From Candidatus Acidiferrum sp. (GTDB lineage: Bacteria > Acidobacteriota > Terriglobia > Acidiferrales > UBA7541), in NCBI GenBank assembly GCA_035262505.1, contig DATFSR010000017.1, forward strand, positions 46,175 through 110,174: 64,000 nt of DNA, read 5' to 3'. The notes beneath the pieces are model-generated. The model had not been told where the DNA came from. It ran no database searches and saw only the letters and a list, made by a program, of their open reading frames with translations. The position numbers were made by a program, and so were the translations under genes. Shown in pieces: positions 38,105 to 47,509 of the stretch. Position 1 is the first letter of the stretch, and each line of letters opens with the position of its first letter.

Positions 38105-40867
38105 TCAAGTCGCTTTCCTTGCTTTCGACGACATACCGTCGCTGAGAAGCTCGATCGCCCCTTCAATTCTCTGCTGGCTCCTCCAGAAATCTTTCCACAA
38201 ATCGCCCTTGTCTTTCAGCCGCGCAAAAACCGTCTTGATGTTTAGATTCTCCGGTTTCAAACCCGACTTCAGTTCGCGCGGCAGGACGGGCGTGGAAACC
38301 GGAGCCTTCGCAAACGCCCGCACGGAATACGCGCACGCCAGCGGCCGGCCCATGGCATTCTGCTGGACATCAATCAGTACGCGCCCCGCAGGTCTTTTCG
38401 CCACCGACCGCTCGTTGGTCACCAGATTGGGATGCTGCGCCGTCACCGTGCGCGCAATGATTTCGCCAAACGTGCGCAATTGCTCGTACGTGTAAAGCGG
38501 CTCTACCGGAATAAAAATGTGGAATCCCGTCGCGCCTGACGTTTTCAGGAAACTCACAATTCCCAACTCTTCGAGTTTTTCCTGCAGCGCTCGGGCGATG
38601 ATCACGACTACGGAAAACTCCGTTCCGTCCGAAGGATCCAAATCAAAAAAGAAATAGTCTGGATGCTCGAGGTCATCCAGCCGGCTAGTCCACGGATTAT
38701 GGTCAATGCAACCGAGTCCCGTTAGAAACAAAAGTGCAGCGCGATCATCCGCCGTCGCGTAATGAATCTGTTTTCCGCGCTCCTCGGAGTCAATCGGCGC
38801 GGCCTTAAACCATTCCGGAAGGCCCTCAATCAAATCCTTCTGGAAAAACGCCTGCCCCTGAATGCCGTCGGGATAACGCCGCAGGACCAACGCCCGCCCG
38901 CGTAAAAACGGCAAAATGTAATCCGCCATCCGGTAGTAGTAAGCCAGCAGGTCGCGCTTTGTGTAGCCCGACTCCGGAAAGTAAACTTTGTTCAGGTTGC
39001 TGAACCGCAGCCGCTTCCCATCCAGTTCGATGTTGATGGTTTCCGCGCGACCTTTGAATAACTCCGCTTCAATCGCGGCCTCGCTGCTGATCACTTTGCC
39101 GACCACGTCTGGCGCCCGCACTATGGTCGGCGCGGTAACCGCGACTTCGCTCTCCCACTTGCATTCCTCAGGCTTCAAGTCCTCGCGCAGCCCGATGAAA
39201 ACCGGATGCCGCAAATACTTTTCCTGCGTCCAGCCGCCAAACTTCACGCGCGCCACAAGCTCTGGCTTGATCCAAAAAGGCTTTTCATTCGTTTCCGGCA
39301 CGTTCTCAAATGGAGAAGCAGCTGCCCGCAACTCCTTGAATCTGCCGCTCAGTTCCGCGTGCTTCTTCCCGTCAAATCCGCTTCCGACGTGCCCGATAAA
39401 CCTTAGCTTCTTCCCTTCATACAATCCCAAAAGCAACGAGCCAAACGGAATCGCCTCCGTGCGCGCCTCCGTCCATCCGCCAACTACCGCGTCGAGGGTC
39501 TGGCTAACCTTCAGCTTCGCCCAACTCGCGCTGCGATCGCTCACATAACGGCTGTCGGCACGCTTGGCAACAATTCCCTCCAGGCCATTTTCTTTCGCCA
39601 GCTCATACAATTCCTTCCCATGCTCAGGCTGATGGTCCGCATAGCGAAACCGCTCTGTCGCGTGCAGCATCCGCTGCAAAAGTTGCTTGCGCTCCAGCAA
39701 TGGCGCGTCGCGCAAGTCGTATCCGTCGCAATAAATCAGATCAAACGCAAAGTAAACGACCGGCGTCTCCCGAACCTGCTTTTCGCCCGGCGCGCGCACG
39801 TGCATGCGCTCCTGCAAGCGCTGGAAGTCGCCGCGCCCCTCGGCGTCCAGCGCCACAATCTCGCCATCCAGAATCGCCTCGCGCCCCGCGAACCGCTTCG
39901 CCAGCGCGGCCAGTTCCGGATAGCGCGCCGTGATGTCAATGTTATTTCGCGAACGCAGGGTCAGCACGCCATCCGCAATCCATGCCATCGCCCGCACGCC
40001 GTCCCACTTAATTTCAAACAGCCAGCCCGGATCGGAGAACGGCTGCTCGACCAGCGTCGCCAGCATCGGCTCGACGCGCGACGGCATCGCACTCTTGCCC
40101 GCGCCATGCACTTCCCTCGCCTCAATCGGAAACCGGCTGCGCTTCGGTGGCGCCTGCTCCGCAATCTCCGCGAGGCTTCGCCCGGTCAGAGCCGAGCCGT
40201 CGTGCTCGTCAATATTCCACTTTGCGTCTTCCGCCGCGTCTTTGTGCTTGATGAGCAGCCACTCGTTGCCCTTCTCGCTACGCTTGATCTTCACCAGTAC
40301 GAAGCCGCCACGCAGCTTCTGGCCGTTCAGGCTGAACTTGATTTCTCCGCGGGCCAGTTGTGGCAACATATCCAGCACTGGCGCTTGCGATTTGCCGGGA
40401 TCGCCTTCCACGACAAACGTTCCGCGGTCCCACACCATTACCGTTCCCGCTCCGTAGTTTCCCTCGGGAATCTTTCCTTCGAAGTTGCCGTACTCTAGCG
40501 GATGGTCTTCTGTCTGTACCGCAAGCCGTTTGTCTGACTGGCTTTGTGAGGGTCCTTTCGGCACCGCCCACGATTTCAGCGTGCCATCAATCGCCAGCCG
40601 GAAGTCGTAGTGCAGCCGCGTCGCGGAATGTTTTTGCACGACGAATGTGTTTCCGTGTTCCCCATGGCGACTCGGCTCCAGCCGCAGCTTCGGCATCGGC
40701 TTCGGCAGCCGAGTACGTTTTCCTCCCGCGGCAGGTTTCCCGTCTCGCACAGGTGTAGCTGCCGACCGAGGCTCAGTCTTCTGCGCCTCATCGACATCCG
40801 GCGCCCCCGTCGGCTCCGGCGTCCGGTCAAACTTCCTCTTCCGCCTATACTCTTCCAGCTTCCCCAT
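38105..40867 (-). CDS. ligD: NHEJ DNA ligase D (phosphoesterase-ligase-polymerase)
   Basis: PE: FVVQKHSATRLHYDFRL, SWAVPKGP. LIG: FEIKWDGVRA, LDGEIV, EGIVAKR. POL: RYPDGI, FFQK, FDLDP, KTSGATGFH. Confidence 0.97.
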   Translation of the reverse strand: MGKLEEYRRKRKFDRTPEPTGAPDVDEAQKTEPRSAATPVRDGKPAAGGKRTRLPKPMPKLRLEPSRHGEHGNTFVVQKHSATRLHYDFRLAIDGTLKSWAVPKGPSQSQSDKRLAVQTEDHPLEYGNFEGKIPEGNYGAGTVMVWDRGTFVVEGDPGKSQAPVLDMLPQLARGEIKFSLNGQKLRGGFVLVKIKRSEKGNEWLLIKHKDAAEDAKWNIDEHDGSALTGRSLAEIAEQAPPKRSRFPIEAREVHGAGKSAMPSRVEPMLATLVEQPFSDPGWLFEIKWDGVRAMAWIADGVLTLRSRNNIDITARYPELAALAKRFAGREAILDGEIVALDAEGRGDFQRLQERMHVRAPGEKQVRETPVVYFAFDLIYCDGYDLRDAPLLERKQLLQRMLHATERFRYADHQPEHGKELYELAKENGLEGIVAKRADSRYVSDRSASWAKLKVSQTLDAVVGGWTEARTEAIPFGSLLLGLYEGKKLRFIGHVGSGFDGKKHAELSGRFKELRAAASPFENVPETNEKPFWIKPELVARVKFGGWTQEKYLRHPVFIGLREDLKPEECKWESEVAVTAPTIVRAPDVVGKVISSEAAIEAELFKGRAETINIELDGKRLRFSNLNKVYFPESGYTKRDLLAYYYRMADYILPFLRGRALVLRRYPDGIQGQAFFQKDLIEGLPEWFKAAPIDSEERGKQIHYATADDRAALLFLTGLGCIDHNPWTSRLDDLEHPDYFFFDLDPSDGTEFSVVVIIARALQEKLEELGIVSFLKTSGATGFHIFIPVEPLYTYEQLRTFGEIIARTVTAQHPNLVTNERSVAKRPAGRVLIDVQQNAMGRPLACAYSVRAFAKAPVSTPVLPRELKSGLKPENLNIKTVFARLKDKGDLWKDFWRSQQRIEGAIELLSDGMSSKARKAT

Positions 40868-40876
40868 GCCCGCATT

Positions 40877-41524
40877 CTACCCTGCCCTCATCCACATCGC
40901 GGAATCGCCCCGACCGTCGGGCAAGGCCACATCCAAATCGACTGAAATGCCATTGAGTTGAATCGTGGGGCTGAACTGGATGAGTTGATACCCGCGGCTC
41001 GGTATGTCCGGGACGCTGCCAGGGGACCGCCAATAATGCTGAAACGGCAAATCGAAGAGCCGCTGCCCCGTCAGGAGCGTCCTCGCGCCAACATACAGCC
41101 CCGGTGAATAGCCCGCAGCGCCGACCGTTCGGTGCCAAGCCCGACAGTAATCGATCACATCGTGCGCCTTCGCGCTGGGGTTGACCTCTTCCAGGTCACA
41201 CCAGACGTTCACTCCGTCAGGAAAGCCTATTGTCTGGGCAATCGAGACCACCTCTTGCCCGTCTTGTTGTCCGAGAGCTTGATCCGGCGACCATCCCGTT
41301 GCGCGCACGTGTTGAACGGGCATCAGCGCAAGTCCGGAATTAAGAATGTCGGCGGCTTCTTGCGCAGATAGGTTCAGAGAAGCCTGGGCGTGGGCGAGAT
41401 AACGAAGGCAAAATCTGTATCCTTGCGAGAAAAACTGGCGCGCAAGTGCGGCGGACAGAACCGCGTCGCAGTCAAATCCCGGAACCCAAGAGGCCGCGCT
41501 TTCGATTCTGCCGGGCAGTTGCAT
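40877..41524 (-). CDS. DUF1906 (Rv2525c-like) glycoside hydrolase domain protein
   Basis: GFDC, GYRFCLRYL, GLALMPVQ, VWCDLE, GYSPGLYVG, YQLIQ…VDLDV; no signal peptide. Confidence 0.8.
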   Translation of the reverse strand: MQLPGRIESAASWVPGFDCDAVLSAALARQFFSQGYRFCLRYLAHAQASLNLSAQEAADILNSGLALMPVQHVRATGWSPDQALGQQDGQEVVSIAQTIGFPDGVNVWCDLEEVNPSAKAHDVIDYCRAWHRTVGAAGYSPGLYVGARTLLTGQRLFDLPFQHYWRSPGSVPDIPSRGYQLIQFSPTIQLNGISVDLDVALPDGRGDSAMWMRAG

Positions 41525-41629
41525 GTGTCGACATCCACCCTCGCCAACCTGGTGTACTATTCATTTTCCTTTTCCACCAAAGCAGAGCTGAGGGACCTGC
41601 TTTCTTGTTTCCGCCTCGGCCCTTTCCTT

Positions 41630-42436
41630 CTAGCTCTTTGGCGGAGGCTCCAGCAGAGGTGCGTTCGCGTCCGGGTGATCGCGCAAATACTGCTGCAAAG
41701 GCTCGTCGCGCCTCACGATGCGGAATCCCCGGCGGGTGTTCACATCAATCGTTTTCTGAACGTCCAGTTCGTCCAGACCAATCACTTCCTCGGCGGATTT
41801 CGTGCCATCTTCCTCGACCGTGGTGAAATGAACCTGATCGTTCACAAACCAATAGTCGGTCACGCTGAAGGCCGTCCCGTCTTTCAGGAAGAGTTCGACG
41901 AACTGGTGGTATCCGTCGTAGTACACGTACACGGGATACTCGTAAACCAGCGGGGTTACATAATTCGGGGGATGGTATTCGGGCGCGCGCCAATCGCCGC
42001 AGCCAAAGCCCCATACCCAGGCAGGACCGCAGTTCACCCACCAACTAGGGTAGAAGAGCCTAACCGGGAAAAATGTTGCGCGAAGAAAAACATGGTGGCG
42101 AATGAAGATCGGGCGTTGTCCAAAGCCCCCGGGTGCAATGCCAGCTCTTTGCCCAAAGATCACCGGCGGGTGCGGTGCCGTTGCGTGGGGAGCTGGCGAA
42201 GGCAAAGCATGCGGAGGGCTAGCCGGTCCCGCGGGGTGCGCGCCCGGAGCAGCGTGCCCACCTCGAACAGGACCGCCCTGATGGCCCGCTTGACCACGCT
42301 GCGCCAACGCAACCGGAGCCTGAATCCAGAAACAAGCCAGCCCGCACGCAACCGCAATCCAAATCTTCCGCGGGCGCCTATGTTCTTTCCTCCCCATTTT
42401 CGCTATTCCATTTTTGATTTTTTCTGCAAGCGCCAT
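41630..42436 (-). CDS. Hypothetical exported protein with G/P/H-rich linker
   Basis: SD AAGGAGG; hydrophobic segment ending ALA; low-complexity region; C-terminal LFLKDG…DYWF domain. Confidence 0.7.
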   Translation of the reverse strand: MALAEKIKNGIAKMGRKEHRRPRKIWIAVACGLACFWIQAPVALAQRGQAGHQGGPVRGGHAAPGAHPAGPASPPHALPSPAPHATAPHPPVIFGQRAGIAPGGFGQRPIFIRHHVFLRATFFPVRLFYPSWWVNCGPAWVWGFGCGDWRAPEYHPPNYVTPLVYEYPVYVYYDGYHQFVELFLKDGTAFSVTDYWFVNDQVHFTTVEEDGTKSAEEVIGLDELDVQKTIDVNTRRGFRIVRRDEPLQQYLRDHPDANAPLLEPPPKS

Positions 42437-42587
42437 GGCATTACCTCCTTGCAGCCAGAATCGGCTCTTCTCGTCGGCGACTTCCTCTCATAGCGCGACC
42501 GCAGATTCTTGCTCGCCCTGAACCTGCGAAAGGCCCACCCGTTCTTTGTTCCCATTTTCAATCTTCTAATTTCCATTTTCTACATTC
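42395..42587 (+). repeat. Two heptamer tandem arrays (consensus nATTTTC)
   Basis: 42395-42422 cattttc gctattc cattttt gattttt; 42553-42587 cattttc aatcttc taatttc cattttc tacattc. Confidence 0.6.
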
Positions 42588-43465
42588 GTTTTCATAACCG
42601 GATCAACATACTTGACGAGCAGCACCTCGTTGCCCTGCTCGCTGTAAATGAGTTCGTCGACAAGTTTCTTCGCTAACAGAAGCCCGAAGCCCCCCGGCCG
42701 AAGACCTGCAGCTTCTCGAGCGGCAACGTGGCCCAAGAGATCTTCGGCCGGGTTGTGGATGGCCGCGTGGCGTAGCTCCTCCAGCGAGAAGCCCTGACCA
42801 GGGTCTTTGACACGGCATGCAACCGCGCGGCGGGCGCGAAGGAACGAGATCTCCACATGCTGGCTCGCATCAAAATGTCCGCCATATTCCATCGCGTTCA
42901 GAAGGACTTCTTTGAAAGCAAAGATGATTCCTTCGGGAATATCGGGATCCCTGACCCCGCGAAGGAATTGCACCAGGCGATCTGCCGTAGAGATGTCGCA
43001 GCGAGCCGCCAAGCGAACCCATGCGGGCGTCGCCGAAAATACCTCGATACCGTCATCCCAGCACGGTGAGGCCATAGCGGCACGCACCATTTCGGCAAGT
43101 TCAGAGGCGTCGAAGGGAGCCGAGAAATAACTGAAGGCGCCCTCGCGCATGGCCGAAACGACATCGCCAGGAGTAAATCTATCGGCGAGGATAATCAGGC
43201 GGACGTGAGCCCGAGCGCTCCTGATTTTGTGAAGAAGCTCAACATCGTCTGGACCCAACATCTTCCGCCCGGTGACGATCAGGTCGAACGGCTCGGTCGT
43301 GGCCAGCGCAAGGGCGTGTTGATTGTCAGCGGCGCGCTGCACACCCCAGCCGCCAGCTGTTAGAACGCTCGTAAGCAGTTCATCGATCTCGCCACCCGAT
43401 GCCACCACGAGCGCGGACTTTTGCTGAAGCGGATCTGCGCAGCTGCAAGGACCCGTCATAGGCAC
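42566..43465 (-). CDS. Degenerate receiver domain fused to RsbW-like anti-sigma/HATPase domain
   Basis: REC-like FDLIVTG…AMREGAFSYFSAPF; GHKL boxes EVLLNAMEYG, VKDPGQGF, GGFGLLL. Confidence 0.85.
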   Translation of the reverse strand: MPMTGPCSCADPLQQKSALVVASGGEIDELLTSVLTAGGWGVQRAADNQHALALATTEPFDLIVTGRKMLGPDDVELLHKIRSARAHVRLIILADRFTPGDVVSAMREGAFSYFSAPFDASELAEMVRAAMASPCWDDGIEVFSATPAWVRLAARCDISTADRLVQFLRGVRDPDIPEGIIFAFKEVLLNAMEYGGHFDASQHVEISFLRARRAVACRVKDPGQGFSLEELRHAAIHNPAEDLLGHVAAREAAGLRPGGFGLLLAKKLVDELIYSEQGNEVLLVKYVDPVMKTNVENGN

Positions 43466-43649
43466 ACCTACCTCTAGGATGCTCTAGGGCGACGAGGCGG
43501 CATATCCGTGTGACCGGAAACTTTGCCAGGGCCTGGTACTTCTCAGGGGTCAAGTGGCCGGTTACTTGTAACAGCACAGGAAGCAGCACACCCTTGAGCA
43601 GGCTAGGCTCGCAGCGTGCTAGCTTTGATGGAATCGCGGAGGTTATGCC

Positions 43650-44711
43650 TTGTTAACCCCTTTTGGGAAATTGAAAGTGGCGTTCGCGCTCGTCCTGACG
43701 CCGGTTTTTATTTCTTTTGCTGGGGTTCCTTTTGGTGGGACCGCCCAAGCCCAGGAGAAAATCAAGGTTGGGTTTTCCATTGAAGCGATGAACGGCGAGC
43801 GCTGGCAGACGGACCTCGACTCGTTTCAGGCGCGCGCGAAGGAGCTCGGGGCGCAAGTCGTCTCCGCGGATGCGAAGGGCGACGACAACCTTCAGTTACA
43901 GCAAGTGAAGGCGATGATCCACGGCGGCATTCAAGTGCTGGTGCTGTTCCCGCACGACGCCGTAAAGGCTGCGATCATCGTGGACGCCGCGAAAGCCGCC
44001 AACGTGAAAGTTATCAGCTACGACCGGCTGGTGAGAAACAGCGACGTGGACTTGTACATCACCTTCAACCGCACGGAAATGGGAAAGATGCAGGCGGAAT
44101 CGCTGGTTGAGAGGGCGCCCAAAGGAAACTACGTGCTCATCGCGGGTTCGCCGAACAGCGAAGACGCGAAAGCATTGCACGAAGCGCAGATGAGCGTCCT
44201 GCAGCCGTATGTGTCGCGCGGCGACATCAAAATTGTTGCCGATGACTACATCCAGGATTGGGTACCGGGCGACGCGTACCTAGCGATGCTGAAGGCGCTG
44301 GACGCCACGCACGGAGACATCGCGGCGGTGGTGTCCTCCAATGACGGAATGGCTGGCGGCGTGATCCAGGCCCTGCGCGAGAACAACCTGGCCGGCAAAG
44401 TTGCGGTGTCCGGCCAAGACGCGGACCTCGCGGCCGTGATTTGCGTAGCGCAGGGCACGCAAACAATGACCATTTACAAGCCCATCAAGCAGCAGGCAAG
44501 CAGAGCCGCCGAAGAAGCCGTGCGGCTGGCCAAGGGCGAAAAGGCGCAAGGCGATATCGCCGTGAACAATGGCAAAGCAAAAGTACCCGCGATCCTGCTC
44601 AAACCGGTCCTGGTGACGCGGGACAATATCAGCTCTACGGTGGTGAAAGCCGGCTTCCAATCATTGAAGAGCATCAATCAGGCCTTATCGCCCAACCAGC
44701 AGATTCGGTAG
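43650..44711 (+). CDS. XylF-like sugar ABC transporter substrate-binding protein (orphan)
   Basis: ERWQTD, ISYDRL, SNDGMAGG, SGQDADL, TMTIYKP; no ABC ATPase or permease gene follows. Confidence 0.88.
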   Translation: MLTPFGKLKVAFALVLTPVFISFAGVPFGGTAQAQEKIKVGFSIEAMNGERWQTDLDSFQARAKELGAQVVSADAKGDDNLQLQQVKAMIHGGIQVLVLFPHDAVKAAIIVDAAKAANVKVISYDRLVRNSDVDLYITFNRTEMGKMQAESLVERAPKGNYVLIAGSPNSEDAKALHEAQMSVLQPYVSRGDIKIVADDYIQDWVPGDAYLAMLKALDATHGDIAAVVSSNDGMAGGVIQALRENNLAGKVAVSGQDADLAAVICVAQGTQTMTIYKPIKQQASRAAEEAVRLAKGEKAQGDIAVNNGKAKVPAILLKPVLVTRDNISSTVVKAGFQSLKSINQALSPNQQIR

Positions 44712-44722
44712 TCCTTCCTTCA

Positions 44723-44757
44723 CATTTTCGATTTTCCGTTTTCTATTTTTCAACTTC
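44723..44757 (+). repeat. Heptamer tandem array
   Basis: cattttc gattttc cgttttc tattttt caacttc. Confidence 0.7.
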
Positions 44758-45186
44758 GCCCGAGCCTGCGCCCACGGGACCAGGGCTCTTGTGCCACCAC
44801 CCTACGGACCTGGGAGAAGCGTGGAGTGGCGTAGACTTTTCAAGCTGTGCCTTTCTGATGTGTGGCCATGTCCACCCATAGTTCGAGTTGGTAGTCCACC
44901 AGTTGATCTGGTCCGCGCCCTCTCCCATCGGCGCGGGGCTCTTGTGCCACCAGCCCACGGACTTGGGAGAACTATAGAGTGGCGTGGGCTTTTCAAGCTG
45001 CTCCTTTCCGGCGTGTGGCCAGGTCCACTTATAGTTCCAGCTGGAAGTCCACCAGTTGATCTTGTCCGCACCCGCGCCCATGGGCCCAGGACCGTTGTGC
45101 CGCCACCAGGGCTGAGCGCGAGCCACGCGAACAGGCCCGAAAGCAAGGAAAAGCACCGCGCACAGACCGAAAACGAAATGTTTCAT
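44743..45186 (-). CDS. Secreted Trp-rich protein with about 2.3 copies of a 51-aa repeat
   Basis: Signal peptide ending ARA; 153-nt DNA periodicity (ctcttgtgccacca at 44786 and 44939). Confidence 0.75.
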   Translation of the reverse strand: MKHFVFGLCAVLFLAFGPVRVARAQPWWRHNGPGPMGAGADKINWWTSSWNYKWTWPHAGKEQLEKPTPLYSSPKSVGWWHKSPAPMGEGADQINWWTTNSNYGWTWPHIRKAQLEKSTPLHASPRSVGWWHKSPGPVGAGSGEVEK

Positions 45187-45447
45187 AGATGCGTTACCTC
45201 GAAGGCAGGATGCGTCGCTTCACTTCTCTATGGAACTGTCACGAGTTGCAGTGGAAGAGTTTCCACGAAACCCGGTGGGCCAGAGACATGCAGTCCGTAC
45301 CATTCGAGATTATACGGCGAACAAGACGCCTTCCAGATCAGGAGAAAACCTGCATTCCTTTTGCGGCCAACTCCAAACGGACCTACCGGTAACTCATGGA
45401 ATCGATAGCCAGTTTCGACAATTTATCCGAGGTTGGCCGATCATTCG

Positions 45448-46081
45448 CTACGGTATTGCAGCCGACGCCTGGTTGGAGTACGCGCTTTCGCTACCACTCG
45501 AATCCACCGCCGAGGTTACGTAGTAATAGGTGGTCCCGCTAGTCACATCGGAATCGGTGTACGTTAGGCCGCTGACCAGCGATGAATTGATCTTTACATA
45601 GCCGCTGCCGCTCGTGGTGCTGCGATATACGTTGTATCCCGAAACTGTGGACGCGCTGGCGTTCCATGTGAGCGCCACGGAATGCACCACTCCCGTTCCC
45701 GACAGGCTAACCACTGCCGGCGAACCGGTGGCGTTGCTGACTATCGAGATACTCCCGCTCACGCTGCCTGCCGCAGTCGGGTCAAACGTGACCGACAGCG
45801 TGAGCTTTTGCGAAGGCGCCAGAGTCACCGGTGCGGCGCCGCCACTCAGCAAGTAACCGGGCCCACTCTGAGTGATAGACGAGAGGGTCACGCTGGCGTT
45901 CCCAGTGTTGGTCACCGTAACCATGTCCGCCGGGGATGATGTACCTACGGTTACCTTGCCAAAGCTCAGGCTTGTTGGACTAACGCTTAGCGTATAGCTA
46001 GCGGCGACGGCCGAGCCGCTCAGGCTCACTGAAGTCGGCGAAGTCGGCGAGTTACTCACGATAGAAATGCTGCCGGACACG
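45448..46081 (-). pseudogene. 3' fragment of an Ig-like (ASH/choice-of-anchor D type) plus FN3-like surface protein
   Basis: LSVSPTSLSFG.V.VG…VTVTNTG…FDPTAAG; VALTWNAS…GYNVYRS…YYYVTSAVD…ESAYSN. Begins mid-domain, no signal peptide. Confidence 0.75.
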
Positions 46082-47209
46082 TACAGCAACATGACCTTAA
46101 CCTTTGGGAGCGCGGAGGTGACGATCCTGAATCATTCCGGGGCAACCATCGGCTCTTGCGCAAATAACTCCGTCTGTCAGCTGACCCCGAGTTTCTCAAC
46201 CTCCATGGTCACTCTGTCCGGGGCGCCCTTTCCGGTCACCGTTGATATGAATTCGGTCGTGGGAATCAAACTGGATTTGAATGTGAACTCTTCCGTGCAA
46301 AACGACCTTTCCATCAATCCTTCGGTCGGAATTGCGCACTTCCGTCAGCGTGAGGATTCCGATGAAGATCAGGAGATGGAGGATCTCGATGAACTGGACG
46401 GCCAGATCACGGCGATGGGAACCAACCAGTTCACGCTCGTCGATCGCAGGAACGCCCAGTCGTTCACTGTAACTGTGGACAGCAACACCATGTTCGAGGA
46501 TTTCGGCCGCGCCGGATGCACGGCCAATCCGCCGGACTTCACCTGTCTGCAGACGGGTCAAATTGTGGAAGTCAACTTGAGCGAAAACGGCATGGGCTCG
46601 ATGCTGGCTGAGCGCGTGGAATTTATTGAAAACGCCAGCCAGGAGGCCATCAAGGGAACCATCACCAGCGTGGACAGCAGCACGCAGTTCCACATGGTTG
46701 TCTTCAAGGAAGAGCCCGCGGTCAATGGCATCTCAGAAGGCGCCCCGGTTGTGGTGACCATTGCTCCAAACACCACCTTTCAGATCGGCATGGAAGAGAT
46801 GGGCGAGGATGGCGGCTTCGGCATGTCGGGCTTCAGCTTCGCCAGTTCCGCGGACCTGATGGTAGGTCAGGATGTGCAGGTTCGGCCGGGAATGCCCAGT
46901 TCCGCCGGCGGGGTCGTCACCATCACGACCGACCTCGTGCGCCTGTGGCCTTCGCAAGTCACCGGGCAAGTGGCCAGCATCAACTCGAACAACGGTTCGT
47001 TCACGTTGTCGGGGCTCTCGCCCCTTTTTACGGGCGCGACACCGCCTGTAAATACCATCACGGTTATGACCCTCTCATTTATGAACTTTCAGGACTTTCC
47101 CAATCAGGGGAAGCCCGCGGTTGGCAACACCGTGTCTGTAAAGGGATTGCTGTTTAATACTCCCACGGCGCCGACACTGGTTACGCGCACCATTGAAAAT
47201 CACCAGTAG
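46078..47209 (+). pseudogene. 3' fragment of a DUF5666-repeat-like protein
   Basis: Repeated G.IT…FT…V.VDSNT.F…L..GQ.V.V units. Begins abruptly at TYSNMTLTF with no signal peptide or SD. Confidence 0.7.
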
Positions 47210-47243
47210 CGTTGATTCTCCAACCTAAGCCCAAAGCCTGGCG

Positions 47244-47288
47244 GCGGCGAGCTTTGCGTAGAGCGCCAAGCTCGCCGCTTGTGATTTC
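47244..47288 (+). terminator. Rho-independent terminator
   Basis: GCGGCGAGCTT…AAGCTCGCCGC (11-bp stem) followed by TTGTGATTT. Confidence 0.7.
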
Positions 47289-47509
47289 GCACTGCAACTT
47301 TCCGAGCTTGTCGGCTCTAGCCACTTTCTGGGTACGGCTTTGCAAACTAGGCATCCCCCTCCCCGGATTCGCCTTGCTTTCTCCCCCAGCCGTGGCTAAC
47401 CTTACAAATCGACAACAAATTGGGGCGGTCGGCTCTAAAGACAAGAGAACCCTGGGGTGGCACAAACGGCAGCGGCAGGAATCCGCTGCTACAACTGGGG
47501 AGATTCGAT

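Noticed and set aside
44743-45186. CRISPR-like or RiPP locus at the 153-nt repeats
   Set aside because: The repeats are in-frame coding units without unique spacers, and no cas or peptide-modifying genes are nearby.
46067-46092. ORF-track starts giving two intact overlapping divergent genes
   Set aside because: Each ATG comes from the other gene's antisense strand, has no SD, and both proteins begin mid-domain; treated as fragments.
47458-47475. TGGCAC upstream of ku as a sigma54 promoter
   Set aside because: No TTGC at the -12 position.
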